From positions 1-64,000 of the forward strand of contig JBKAGE010000080.1 in the NCBI GenBank assembly GCA_046290225.1: a DNA stretch of 64,000 nt, read 5' to 3'. Position 1 is the first letter of the stretch. Each line of letters begins with the position of its first letter. Source of the DNA: Bradymonadia bacterium. GTDB taxonomy: Bacteria > Myxococcota_A > Bradymonadia > UBA7976 > UBA1532. The notes under the pieces are model-generated. The model was not told the origin of the DNA and searched no databases. It saw only the letters and a program-made list of their open reading frames with translations. Shown here piece by piece: positions 41,100 to 51,449 of the stretch. The position numbers and the translations under genes were made by a program.

Positions 41100-43109
41100 A
41101 TGGAGAATCAACCCATGGATCCCCTCGCCCATCGCCGACTCGTGGTCTGTCGTGGCGCGCCCGAAGAGACCCTTCACCACGCCCACAGGCTGGTGGCCGA
41201 CCTCGACCCTGCCCGCGTGCTGTGGATCAGCCCTGTAGATCCAGCACCGGCGGTGGACTTCCAGTCGCTGCGTCATCATCTGGGTGGTACCTTCGACGCG
41301 GTGGTCTTCGACGCCCACCACGGGGTGCTCCCCGATGCCCTGGGCCAGGCCCATGGCCTGATCCGCGGCGGCGGTGCCCTGCTCTTGAGGCGCCCCGAGG
41401 GCCCACTCTCCACAGGACCTGCTCTGCGAGAGCAACTCACTGTTCAGCCCTGGCCCGCAGATGCAGTCGGCAATCGATATCAACGCTTCTTCGAGTCAGT
41501 CGTCGACTCGCCCTGCAGTGATGCGCTGGTGAAGCCACCTATGGCCCCGATTGTGGGCACCTCGGAACAGCGAGCGCTCTCTGAACGCCTCGCTCATATC
41601 TTTGCTGGCAACGAGCCGAGCCTCACAGTGCTCACCGCCGATCGTGGCCGGGGCAAATCCAGCGCCCTCGGCCTCGCCCTCGCGCGGACCCACCGACGGT
41701 GTGCCATCACCGCCCTCAACGCCCGGGCCGCAGCAGAGGTGATCCGCTTCGCGGGCCCCCAGCACAGCTTTGTACCGCTCCATGGGCTGCTCCACGCCAC
41801 CGAGACGCCACCTGAGGTCATCGTCATCGACGAGGCCGCTCAAATCGGCGTGCCCCTGCTTCAACGCATCGTACGCGCCCACCCGAGAGCCCACATCGCC
41901 TTCGCCACGACGACCACGGGCTACGAGGGCACAGGCCGGGGCTTCGTGCTCAAGTTCGTGGCGTGGCTGCGTGCGCTTTCGACAGAGACCTGCCCACTGC
42001 ACATGCTCACGTTGAAGACGCCGATTCGCTGGGCATCGGGTGATCCGCTCGAAGCCTGCGTCCGTCGAGCGCTCCTCCTCGAAGCCGTACCGCCGCCACC
42101 CACCGCGCTCTCAGGCCCCATTGAGCACATCATCCTCGATCGCGACGTGCTCCTAGAGCAGCCCACACAGCTGCAAGACTTCTTCGGGATCCTCGTACAC
42201 GCCCACTATCGCACCACGCCGAGCGATCTCCTGCGCATGCTCGATGCCCCCAATGTGGAGCTGCACGCCCTGCAGATGGGGCAGCGCATCGTCGGCGCCA
42301 GCCTCGTGGCTCGAGAAGGCAACCTCGGAGCTGAGCGCTCGCGCGCCGTGCTCGAAGGTCGGCTGAGCCTCAGGGGCCACGCCCTGCCCGAGATGCTCAT
42401 CGGCCATGGTGGCTGGCTCGAAGCAGGCGACATGCAAATGGTGCGCAGCGTGCGCATCGCCGTGCACCCCGCCTTGAGGCGCCGCGGTCTCGGGGCCCGA
42501 CTCGCTGAGGGCGTGCATCACAGCACCCGACCCGACCTCTTCGGCACCCTCTTCGGCGCCACGCCCGAGCTGATCGCCTTCAGGCGCAGCCTGGGCTACC
42601 ACCTCGTACAGCTCGGGGTCTCTGCAGGCCAGAGCACAGGTGTGCCCAGCGCCGTCATGGTCAAGCCAGCCTCTTCACGGGCCTTCAAGCTCGTAGAACG
42701 CATGGGCAGCGCCCTCGCCCGGGACCTTCCGCTGCAGTTGGCGCTGATGCAAGCCGGTGATCACGTGGTGCTCGACCCTGAGCTGTGCACCACAGCGCTC
42801 TCTGCTTGCCCCGAACCTTCGCCTCTCAGCGAGGCCGAGCGCGACGCCATCACCTGCTCTGTCACCCACGGCCGGAGGCCTTTCGAGTCGGGTGCGGTGG
42901 CCGTCCGGGCCTTTGTCTCAGCCCATTATGAGGCACTCGAGACCCTGGCACCTGTAGAGCAACAATTGATCACCTGGCGGGTCATTCAAGGTCGCAGCTG
43001 GTCGGAGATGACTCACATTGCCGGACACCCGTCTATTCGAGGGGCAATGAGGGGCCTCCGCAGGGCCTTGAAACGGTTGGTGGAGCACACATTGGGGCCT
43101 CCGTGGTGA
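41100..43109 (+). CDS. tmcA: tRNA(Met) cytidine acetyltransferase
   Basis: TADRGRGKSS, IDEAA, TTTGYEGTGRGF, AHYRTTPSDL, GNAT motif RIAVHPALRRRGLG. Confidence 0.9.
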   Translation: MENQPMDPLAHRRLVVCRGAPEETLHHAHRLVADLDPARVLWISPVDPAPAVDFQSLRHHLGGTFDAVVFDAHHGVLPDALGQAHGLIRGGGALLLRRPEGPLSTGPALREQLTVQPWPADAVGNRYQRFFESVVDSPCSDALVKPPMAPIVGTSEQRALSERLAHIFAGNEPSLTVLTADRGRGKSSALGLALARTHRRCAITALNARAAAEVIRFAGPQHSFVPLHGLLHATETPPEVIVIDEAAQIGVPLLQRIVRAHPRAHIAFATTTTGYEGTGRGFVLKFVAWLRALSTETCPLHMLTLKTPIRWASGDPLEACVRRALLLEAVPPPPTALSGPIEHIILDRDVLLEQPTQLQDFFGILVHAHYRTTPSDLLRMLDAPNVELHALQMGQRIVGASLVAREGNLGAERSRAVLEGRLSLRGHALPEMLIGHGGWLEAGDMQMVRSVRIAVHPALRRRGLGARLAEGVHHSTRPDLFGTLFGATPELIAFRRSLGYHLVQLGVSAGQSTGVPSAVMVKPASSRAFKLVERMGSALARDLPLQLALMQAGDHVVLDPELCTTALSACPEPSPLSEAERDAITCSVTHGRRPFESGAVAVRAFVSAHYEALETLAPVEQQLITWRVIQGRSWSEMTHIAGHPSIRGAMRGLRRALKRLVEHTLGPPW

Positions 43110-43387
43110 CACAGTTGTGTGACAATGCGATGAAAAGGGCTGAAAAGTGCAGTAAGAGTTGACTCTCGACCTCGAAAACCTTGTAGACTGGCGCGCAGAA
43201 AGATCATCTCAGCAATTTCGAGTTGAGTGATCAGTCTTCGAGCGCCGACACAAAGCCCCGTCGGAGTTCGAATTGTGAAGGCCCTCGCATGGTGCGCAAT
43301 CCCGCCACAAGACCGAGAGCCCCGAGTCGCTTCTCGTAATTGCGAGAGGCATAGGACGCCAGTGTGCGTCAGGAGAGAGTGAAAGAG

Positions 43388-43741
43388 ATGGGTAACAAAC
43401 TTTTCGTAGGCGGGTTGGCCTGGGCCACTTCTGATGAGAGCCTCCGCGAAGCCTTCGAGCAGTTCGGTGAGGTCGCCGACGCCAAGGTGATCACCGATCG
43501 CGAGACCGGCCGCAGCCGCGGCTTCGGTTTCGTCACCTTCGCCGAGGGTGGCATCGCTGCAACGGCCAAGGAGGCCATGGACGGTGCTGAGCTCGATGGT
43601 CGTCGCATCCGTGTCGACGAGGCTGAGGATCGCCGTGGTGGTGGTGGCGGCGGCGGCGGTCGTGGCGGTCGTGGCGGCGGTGGCGGCGGCGGTGGCTACC
43701 GCGGTGGTCACGGCGGCGGTGGCGGCGGTGGCCGCTGGTAA
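43388..43741 (+). CDS. RRM RNA-binding protein with Gly/Arg-rich tail
   Basis: RNP2 LFVGGL; RNP1 RGFGFVTF. Confidence 0.95.
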   Translation: MGNKLFVGGLAWATSDESLREAFEQFGEVADAKVITDRETGRSRGFGFVTFAEGGIAATAKEAMDGAELDGRRIRVDEAEDRRGGGGGGGGRGGRGGGGGGGGYRGGHGGGGGGGRW

Positions 43742-43758
43742 GTCGACCTGACTCTACG

Positions 43759-43784
43759 AGGCTCGCTTAGGCGGGCCTTTTTTT
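43759..43784 (+). terminator. Rho-independent terminator
   Basis: AGGCTCGC-TTAG-GCGGGCCT stem followed by a T run, right after the RRM gene. Confidence 0.85.
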
Positions 43785-43812
43785 ATGCCCGCAAGCCAAC
43801 CTCCTGATCTGC

Positions 43813-45006
43813 TCACCCCTTGCGCTCGACCCGACCGTCAGCGTGCAGAGCGAACCTGCCCTCTTCTCGCTGATGCACCGGATCAGGCCTCGGCCAGGGC
43901 CACCCCCCGAAACGTGTGCGTTGATAATCGACGAAGGCCTGCCTGATCTCATTGGGGGTGTTCATGACGAATGGTCCCCGACGAGCGATGGGCTCTTTGA
44001 TGGGCCTGCCTTGCAACAAGAGCATCTGTACCGGCGCCGCGCCCGCCTCGATCGGTACCGGCAAGCCCCCCGCCAGCACCACCCGATGGCCACGCTTCAC
44101 CTCTCGGCCGGCGATCTTCACCGTGTCGCCGAGGAATACGTACAGCGAGCGCTCAACGTCGTCTTCGACCTCGGGCATCACCCACCTTGTCCCTGGATCG
44201 AGCTTCATCGTCCAGATGGCCACTTTGGCCTCTGGCCGTGAGGCCCAGGAGCTCGGGGGCGGGCTCTGAGGCACCTGACCATCGAGGGCCCCAGCGACGG
44301 TGGTGATCTCGATGGCTCGCCCAGCGTCGTCCGTCAACGCATGGGTGGGGATCCCCTCTCGCCAGAGCATCGTGAAGTGAGGCTCCACCATTTTGTTGGC
44401 CTTGGGCAGGTTGAGCCAGATCTGGAACAGCTCGCAGGGGTTGTCCTCTGCTTGGGAGCGCAGCGGGAACATCTCGGCGTGCACGATGCCTCGACCGGCG
44501 GTCATCCATTGAGCGTCGCCTGTTCCAAAGCGTGCGGTAGCCCCCATGGAGTCGCTGTGATCGATGAAGCCCTTCCGGGCGAGGGTGACGGTTTCGAAGC
44601 CCCGGTGTGGATGCTGTGGAAACCCGGGGACCTCTTCGCCGTGGTACATCGACCAGCCATCCTTGCCGCCGAAGTCCATGCCGATGCGCCGGCCGGCGAG
44701 CGACACCGCAGGACCCATCTTCTCGTTGCCCTTGGGGTAGGCGTCATCGTGATGGGCGCAGAACAAGAACGGATCGGAGGTCTGCCATGGAAACGTCAAT
44801 GGCTCCACGGCCTGAATGAGCTGATCTGCGTTCACCTGAACCTCCTGGGTATTGGATGAAGTCTTGTCTGGCTGAGGATCTGGAGCGGCACTCGCCTCTG
44901 GCGCAGTGGTACTGCACCCCACAGCACTCACAGTGGCGCTGGTGGCGGCGACGGCTTTCATGAAGTCTCGGCGGCTGACGTCCTCTGTCTGGCTGGGCTT
45001 TGACAT
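43813..45006 (-). CDS. Pirin family protein with Tat-like signal
   Basis: GFPQHPHRGFETVT, WMTAGRGIVHAE, FQIWLNLP, GPFVMN; N-terminal SRRDFMK...AVGC. Confidence 0.88.
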   Translation of the reverse strand: MSKPSQTEDVSRRDFMKAVAATSATVSAVGCSTTAPEASAAPDPQPDKTSSNTQEVQVNADQLIQAVEPLTFPWQTSDPFLFCAHHDDAYPKGNEKMGPAVSLAGRRIGMDFGGKDGWSMYHGEEVPGFPQHPHRGFETVTLARKGFIDHSDSMGATARFGTGDAQWMTAGRGIVHAEMFPLRSQAEDNPCELFQIWLNLPKANKMVEPHFTMLWREGIPTHALTDDAGRAIEITTVAGALDGQVPQSPPPSSWASRPEAKVAIWTMKLDPGTRWVMPEVEDDVERSLYVFLGDTVKIAGREVKRGHRVVLAGGLPVPIEAGAAPVQMLLLQGRPIKEPIARRGPFVMNTPNEIRQAFVDYQRTRFGGWPWPRPDPVHQREEGRFALHADGRVERKG

Positions 45007-45151
45007 GGGGCACTCCTGGCGAATCTCTGACATGTGTTGATGCTCTGACACTATGGGCCGCCGCAGCGCCTTGGAAAGGGCGCCACAGGAAACACACCGT
45101 TCCTGTCGTCTCGAGTCGGCCTCTGTCGCCCATATCGATGTTGATCACTTC

Positions 45152-48100
45152 ATGAGGCATCGATCCATGCATCAGACCCACGCAGCCCCTCTCCGCCTCG
45201 AGCCCACCACCACCCACGGCGCCCCTCAGACCGATGCGGCAGCAGGCGCTGTCGGGGCTCAGCTACAGGCCATGGAGCTTTTGGGGCACATGGGTCCACA
45301 ACACATGGAGATGTCACCGGTGGCGCAGAGCGCCGCACTGCAGCCCATGGCCCAGCCCACGGGTCCGGCTCGAGCGCCCACGGCGAAGCCCATACCAACA
45401 CGCCACGGATCATCCTCTCGAGGGCTCGAAGAAGAGCTCGCGCTCGATGAAGACGAGTTGCCGCCTGAGGCCCCTCCAGAGGATGGCGATGTGGCAACCG
45501 CCGAGACTCAGTCAGACCCTGATGAAGCTGAGGCTCAGGAGGAGACGCCTGTAGAGGCTGAAGCCATAGAGGAGGATGCACCGCCTCCGGAAGAAGAGGT
45601 GATCTCCGATGCCCCGAACGCCCACGATGGAGAGGCACACACCAGCGAAGAAGAGGGCGACGAGGAGGCATCACCCAACCACCCACCTCAGGCTGAGGGC
45701 CCCACACACACGGACGCTGAGCACGCGAACACTGAGCACACGGACGCTGGCCTGGCAGACACAGAGCATACAAGTGCCGAGCAAAACCCACATCCACCCG
45801 AGGCGGGTGAGCACACAGACGATGTTGGTCCCAAGGATGCTCAAAGCAACGACCCTCAGAGCAAAGACGACACGCAAACGCTCGACGCCCCACCTGAGCT
45901 GAGCGCAGCTCTACAACACCCAGAAACCACTGGCGCGCCCTCTCCGCTGGAGCAGCACGGGCACGCACCAGCGTTGACACCTGGGGCAGAGCACATGCTC
46001 ACGCCAGAGCAGAACATGGCAGTGGATCCACAGCTCAACCTGCCTGCCTCTGCGCCGACACTTGTTGCCCCCGCTGTGATGTCTCCTGCCGTCGGGCAGA
46101 AGATGGCGGGGCCCCTCGCTGGGGTCTCCATCCCCGACAACGTCGTCTCTGAGCAGGTCATGCGTTTCATCGCCCCTGATCTGGCCACCACCCTCGACGA
46201 GGCCTCTGACCGTGGCGCTCAGGGGCTCTCGGAGCAGTTGGACCTCGTCGCGCAGGGAGCGACCTCGGCCGCCCACCCCATCGAGGCGCCCGCCGCTGCG
46301 ACCACGCCAGACCTCATCTCAGAGGGCGCAGCCTTGCTGCCAACATCCGATGCCGCAACAACGCTCTCCCCCATTGTCAAGCAAGCGCAAGGCCTTCAAG
46401 AGAGCGCCCTCGATGTCTTCGATGGCCAGGCCAGCGTCGACGCCCTGGTGCAGCGACCCGCTGATGACAGCGCGCCAGAGGGCACCCCACTCGTGGGGGC
46501 GCTGGCTGCTCTCAGCGAGCAGCTGAAGCCGCTCACCGAAGCTGCCGACTCGGCCTTTGCGGAGATCAAGACCAGCGTCACAGGCCATGGCCAGGCGGCG
46601 CAGAGCGCCCGCGACGAGGTACAGAGCTCCATCGCACAGGCTGATACAGAGATGCTGCATACGCCTGAGATAAAGCGACCTGCGCTGGCAGCCTCTCAGC
46701 TGGCAACGCCCACTCAACCACCCCGCAAGGTTGCGCTGCCCTCTGCGCCCAAGATCAAGTCGCCCGGCCACGCTCGAACAGCATCCGCAGATACACACAC
46801 AGAAGCCACGCGCTCGACGGGCGCAGAGCAGACAGCCACTCCGCCTGTAGCCGCGCCTCAGCCCGTCACCATGGCAGCCCCGACGCCCAAAGCCATGCAG
46901 CTCACCCCGCCCCTCCCTCGCGTCGCGGCGCAGCCGGCGAAGGCGGCAGCGCCAGTGATGGTTGCCCCAGCTGCCGAGGTCTCTGCGGGCGAAACCCCTG
47001 CGGCCCTCGACCACAATGCCGTGGACCTCGCCGTCGAGCCCATGGCGCCCGCGCAGCTCGACGACAAAACAGCGCCTTCTCCAGAGAGCGCGCCACAGTG
47101 CGAAGGGTGTGATGCCCCTGCTGAAGCCCCCGATCGGGGTCACACGCTCACCGAACAAGTGCCGCAGTTCAGCCACACACCCCAACCCATGAGCCCGCTG
47201 GCACCACTTGAGGGTGGGGTTGCGCCTGTAGTGGCGCCGCCTGAAGCCCTGATGGGTATCCCTGTCATTGGAGAAGCCTTCCAGCAACTCGGCGGTGACC
47301 TGCACAGTCAGCTCACCGAAGGCATGTCACACGTGAGCGAGGGCGTACATACACAGCTCGAGGGCACCCGTGGCGATCTCGACGCACAGCTGGGTGAAGC
47401 AGCAGAAGGTGCACGTACAACCTTCGGCGCTCAAGCAGAGCAGCTCGACGACGCGCTCCATGGACGCCAGGTGGCCCTCACCACAGCCCTGGGAGAGGCC
47501 GAGTGCGCTGTGGGGTGTGGTGCCAACACGCAGCGGGCCAGGGTCGGCCAGCAGGCTGGGGGTCGAACGGCTCAAGCCGAGGCGGCCACAGAGAGTCAGG
47601 TCGGCGAGGCCCACGCTCAGGGCGAAGCAGAGCTGGCGCGCATCACCGAGGAGGGGAAGTCCGGTGTCGCCGGGGCGCGTCGTCACGGCAAGACGGTCGT
47701 CACAGGCGTAGACGCCAAAGCCAAGACGTGCAGCGCTGAGACCAAAGCCCGCCTCGGCGCGCTCGCCACCGAGCTCACCGAGCACGAGGCCGCAGAGCTG
47801 ACGCGTCTCGACGAGACCAGGGCGCAGGCCATCAAGGATCTCGACGCGAAGATGGAGAGCGAGCGCCAGCGCATGGTGGACGAGGCCAAAGCCCAGGAGG
47901 CCGCCCTCGACGCCGAGATCGCCCGACGGGACAGCGAGATCCAAGGTGAGATCACCGAGCGAAAGACGCGACTCGATGAGCACGTGAAGATCGAGCACGG
48001 ATTCCTCGAGCAATCGGCGAAGACCGAAAAAGAGGATCTCAACAAGCAGCTCGCCAAGCAAATCGCCGCCATCGACAAAGAAACCACCGCTCAAGACAAG

Positions 48101-50380
48101 GCCCTCGAAGCTGAAGGCATCAAGCAAGCCAAAGCCGTCACCACCGAGGCACAGACACAGGGCAAGAAGGCCATCGCCATGGGCGAGAAGAAGGCCAAGG
48201 AGGCCATCGCCGCCGCCAACGCCCGGGCCAGCGGCCTCAGCGACGCCACCGAGGCGAGCAAGGTCCGCAGCCTGGGCTTCGATCGCGCCTCCACCGCCCG
48301 CAACCGAGCCAGGTCACGGGTCAGATCACTGGAGCGTCGGGCCAAGGTGCAATCGTCGGTGATCGCCTTCCAGACCAAGATGAACCGCGCGGGGCTCGTC
48401 GTGAGCGCCAAGCAGAAAAAGACCACTCTACAAGAGACCCACAAGGCCTCGGTCAAGGCCATCGACCAGCAGCTTGCCCACGGCAAGAAAGCTGTGCAGA
48501 AGCAAGCAGACGACGGCCTCAAGGCCATCGAGGCCGATCGCAAGCAGATGCTCGCGGCTCTCGCGCAGCACAAGCAGGACACCCTCGCCAAGATCAACCA
48601 GACCATCCAAGATGGGGAGGCCGAGATCTCCAAGGTGCGTGATGCCGCGCTCCAGAAAATCGAGACCGCCCACCAGAAGGCCGCAGAGCAGATCAAGAAG
48701 AAGACCGCCGATGCTCTGGCGAAGCTCGAGGCTGGATGCGATCGGGATCTCACTCGTCTGGAGCGGATGGCAGAGCGCACCAAGAAGCAGGTCACCGCAC
48801 AGATCACCACCGCCGAAGCCAAGATGAAGGGGCATATTCAGGTGGCGGCGCGCCGGGCGAAGCAGAAGATCAACCTGAAGGTGAACGCCATCAAGGCTCA
48901 GGGGCGGAAGGCTGTGAAAGCCGTGAAGACCTTCTCCGACGCAGCCCTGAAAGCCATCGACGCCTCCGCCACCGCGGCTCACATGGCCATCGGCAAGACC
49001 GGTACAGAAGAAGAGACCAAGATCCTGCAGGCCGGCAACATGCTGGAGCAGTCGCTCAAGCTGCTCGGCGACACCTACATGATCAACCTCAAGTCTGATC
49101 ACAAAGCTCGACTCAAGGGGCTCAAAGACAGCGGGAAGGCCGCGCGGAAGGGGCTCATCAAACACCGCCAGGCGCTGCGCAAGGACATCGACCAGGAGTG
49201 GGCCGACGACGCCCGGCGCGCAGCAGAGAAGCTGCTCGACGACAACGGTGTCGCCAACGTGGTCACCGACGGCGAGGCCACCGAGGCAGCCCTGATCATG
49301 ACCAGCCTGCCGGCGAAGGCCAAGAAGACCGCCTTCAAGGAGATGGACGACGATCGTTTCCAAAACCTGCTCGACGAGTTGCCGAGTGATCGCAAGATGG
49401 ATCTCTACGCCCACATGAGCGGCACCGAGGTCTCGGGCCACATCGCCCACAACTTCGCCAAATGGGCCGGTGAAGATGGCTACCTGAGCGCCAAGGAGAT
49501 CTCGGCTCTGATGGCTGACCCAAACATCACAGGCGAAGATGCAGCGGCTCTGGCCACCCTGCGCTCCAAGCTACAGGGCGCGAGCAAGCTCAACAATGAC
49601 GAGTGGGGAGACGAGACCACGGGCATGACCCTCGACGACTTCGCCCACGTGGCCAAGACGAAGGATCTCGACTACGGCTACACCTCGGGACTCGACTCGA
49701 TCAAAGAGAAGAAGAGCCAGGGACTGTTCACCGACCCGAAGCGGCAGGTGGACTGGCAGAAGATGAAGCAGAAGAAGATCGGGGATTGTTACTGGCTCGC
49801 CGCCCTCAACACACAGATCAAGCGAGACCCCGACTTCCCCAACAAGGCCATTCAGGAGAACAAAGACGGCAGCTACACCGTAACCCTGCCCAACCGGGGC
49901 ACCGTCACCGTCGAGCCCCTGACCGAGGCGGAGATGGCCACCACGGGCAACGCCGACGGCAACTGGCTCGCGGTGATGGAGAAGGCCTACGCCAAGAGCC
50001 GATCCAGCGAGCATGACGACGAGTACCAGGCCATCCATGGGGATCCCATCGAGCTGGGCATCAAAGACGCCACGGGCAATGAAGCCAACGTGGACAAGAT
50101 GAAGGATGTGAAGCCCACAGACACGGCGAAGAAGATGGAGGACGCCTTCAAGAACGGCAAGGTGGTCACTGCCTCGATCAGCAAGAGCAACAAGTACAAC
50201 CTGCCCGACGGCCACGCCTACACGGTGATGGGCTACGATCCGGTGAAGAAGACCGTCCAGCTGCGCAACCCCTGGGGCCACGGCGAGGGCAGCACCGGCG
50301 ACGGCAAGAACGATGGGGTGTTCACGCTCACGCTGGAGGAGTATCACGACATCGTAAGCCGTACGGCGTACGAAGACTGA
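45152..50380 (+). CDS. Giant low-complexity/coiled-coil protein with C-terminal EF-hand-like motif and calpain-like (C2) cysteine protease
   Basis: QKKIGDCYWLAAL, WLAVMEKAYAK, GHAYTV, LRNPWG; DGYLSAKEI EF-hand-like loop; start uncertain (45053-45167). Confidence 0.8.
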   Translation: MRHRSMHQTHAAPLRLEPTTTHGAPQTDAAAGAVGAQLQAMELLGHMGPQHMEMSPVAQSAALQPMAQPTGPARAPTAKPIPTRHGSSSRGLEEELALDEDELPPEAPPEDGDVATAETQSDPDEAEAQEETPVEAEAIEEDAPPPEEEVISDAPNAHDGEAHTSEEEGDEEASPNHPPQAEGPTHTDAEHANTEHTDAGLADTEHTSAEQNPHPPEAGEHTDDVGPKDAQSNDPQSKDDTQTLDAPPELSAALQHPETTGAPSPLEQHGHAPALTPGAEHMLTPEQNMAVDPQLNLPASAPTLVAPAVMSPAVGQKMAGPLAGVSIPDNVVSEQVMRFIAPDLATTLDEASDRGAQGLSEQLDLVAQGATSAAHPIEAPAAATTPDLISEGAALLPTSDAATTLSPIVKQAQGLQESALDVFDGQASVDALVQRPADDSAPEGTPLVGALAALSEQLKPLTEAADSAFAEIKTSVTGHGQAAQSARDEVQSSIAQADTEMLHTPEIKRPALAASQLATPTQPPRKVALPSAPKIKSPGHARTASADTHTEATRSTGAEQTATPPVAAPQPVTMAAPTPKAMQLTPPLPRVAAQPAKAAAPVMVAPAAEVSAGETPAALDHNAVDLAVEPMAPAQLDDKTAPSPESAPQCEGCDAPAEAPDRGHTLTEQVPQFSHTPQPMSPLAPLEGGVAPVVAPPEALMGIPVIGEAFQQLGGDLHSQLTEGMSHVSEGVHTQLEGTRGDLDAQLGEAAEGARTTFGAQAEQLDDALHGRQVALTTALGEAECAVGCGANTQRARVGQQAGGRTAQAEAATESQVGEAHAQGEAELARITEEGKSGVAGARRHGKTVVTGVDAKAKTCSAETKARLGALATELTEHEAAELTRLDETRAQAIKDLDAKMESERQRMVDEAKAQEAALDAEIARRDSEIQGEITERKTRLDEHVKIEHGFLEQSAKTEKEDLNKQLAKQIAAIDKETTAQDKALEAEGIKQAKAVTTEAQTQGKKAIAMGEKKAKEAIAAANARASGLSDATEASKVRSLGFDRASTARNRARSRVRSLERRAKVQSSVIAFQTKMNRAGLVVSAKQKKTTLQETHKASVKAIDQQLAHGKKAVQKQADDGLKAIEADRKQMLAALAQHKQDTLAKINQTIQDGEAEISKVRDAALQKIETAHQKAAEQIKKKTADALAKLEAGCDRDLTRLERMAERTKKQVTAQITTAEAKMKGHIQVAARRAKQKINLKVNAIKAQGRKAVKAVKTFSDAALKAIDASATAAHMAIGKTGTEEETKILQAGNMLEQSLKLLGDTYMINLKSDHKARLKGLKDSGKAARKGLIKHRQALRKDIDQEWADDARRAAEKLLDDNGVANVVTDGEATEAALIMTSLPAKAKKTAFKEMDDDRFQNLLDELPSDRKMDLYAHMSGTEVSGHIAHNFAKWAGEDGYLSAKEISALMADPNITGEDAAALATLRSKLQGASKLNNDEWGDETTGMTLDDFAHVAKTKDLDYGYTSGLDSIKEKKSQGLFTDPKRQVDWQKMKQKKIGDCYWLAALNTQIKRDPDFPNKAIQENKDGSYTVTLPNRGTVTVEPLTEAEMATTGNADGNWLAVMEKAYAKSRSSEHDDEYQAIHGDPIELGIKDATGNEANVDKMKDVKPTDTAKKMEDAFKNGKVVTASISKSNKYNLPDGHAYTVMGYDPVKKTVQLRNPWGHGEGSTGDGKNDGVFTLTLEEYHDIVSRTAYED

Positions 50381-50392
50381 CGAAGGCGACGC

Positions 50393-51172
50393 ATGATCAC
50401 CAGCAGCACCAACCCCCGGGTCAAATCAGTGGTCCGGCTCCAGCAAAAAGCCGCGGAGCGCCGGACCACGGGCACCTTCTGCGTGGAGACCCCCCGCACC
50501 CTCGAGCGGGCCCTCACCGCGGGGCTTACCGTGGACACGATCTACTTCGATCCCGACGACGCCCCCCCCATGCACCTGATGGAGCGCGCCCTGGCCTCTG
50601 GTGCCAGGGCCATGGAGGTGAAACGCTCGGTCCTCGAGAAGATGGCGTATCGCAATCACCCCGAGGGCTTCGTGGCGGTGATCCGTGGGCGGTCGACCAC
50701 GCTGGAGGATCTCGGCGAGGTGGGCTGGTGCGTGGTGTGCAGCAACGTAGAGAAGCCCGGCAACCTCGGGGCGATCCTCCGTACGGCCGACGGCGCTGGC
50801 GCCTCGGCGGTCCTCGTCGATCAACCTGGCTTCGACCTCTACAACCCCAACTGCATCCGGGCGAGCACGGGGGCGGTCTTCTCGATGCCGGTGATCTGCG
50901 ACACCGCAGCGCATCTACGCACGTGGCTCTCGGATCGAAAAATGCGCTGCGTCGCCGCAACCCCCGAGGCAGATCAGCTCTACACCGAGGCTGATCTCGG
51001 CGGCCCTGTGGCGCTGGTCCTCGGCGCCGAGGCAGAGGGTCTCGATGCGGACTGGAAAGCAGTGGCAGCTCCTGTCCGCCTGCCCATGCACGGCCTCGCG
51101 GACTCTCTCAATGTCTCGGTGACCGCGGGCATTCTGATGTACGAGACGCTGCGCCAGCGATCAGTCCGCTGA
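50393..51172 (+). CDS. TrmH/SpoU family RNA methyltransferase
   Basis: ITSSTNP, EKPGNLGAILRT, RASTG, GAEAEGL, SLNVS. Confidence 0.93.
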   Translation: MITSSTNPRVKSVVRLQQKAAERRTTGTFCVETPRTLERALTAGLTVDTIYFDPDDAPPMHLMERALASGARAMEVKRSVLEKMAYRNHPEGFVAVIRGRSTTLEDLGEVGWCVVCSNVEKPGNLGAILRTADGAGASAVLVDQPGFDLYNPNCIRASTGAVFSMPVICDTAAHLRTWLSDRKMRCVAATPEADQLYTEADLGGPVALVLGAEAEGLDADWKAVAAPVRLPMHGLADSLNVSVTAGILMYETLRQRSVR

Positions 51173-51433
51173 GGTCTTGAGATCTCTCACCGCCTCGACG
51201 GCGGCATCGATGCTGCTCAACACCCGCCGCGCATGCCGTAAAAAGACCTCCCCCTCCGGCAAAAGCGTGACCCCTTTCGAGGTGCGCTCGAACAGCGGGG
51301 TGCCCAGCTCATCTTCCAGGGCCCGCAGGTGTCGAGTGAGAGGCGGTTGAGATACATGCAATCGCTCTGCGGCTCCACGGAGGCTGCCCTCTTCGGCGAT
51401 GGCGACGAAGTATTCGATTTGGTGCAGGCTCAT
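51161..51433 (-). CDS. LysR-family regulator, HTH-only (90 aa)
   Basis: YFVAIAEEGSLRGAAERLHVSQPPLTRHLRALEDELGTPLFERT; ends after the linker helix; GGAGG RBS. Confidence 0.85.
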   Translation of the reverse strand: MSLHQIEYFVAIAEEGSLRGAAERLHVSQPPLTRHLRALEDELGTPLFERTSKGVTLLPEGEVFLRHARRVLSSIDAAVEAVRDLKTSAD

Positions 51434-51449
51434 GGGCCCTCCTTCATGA

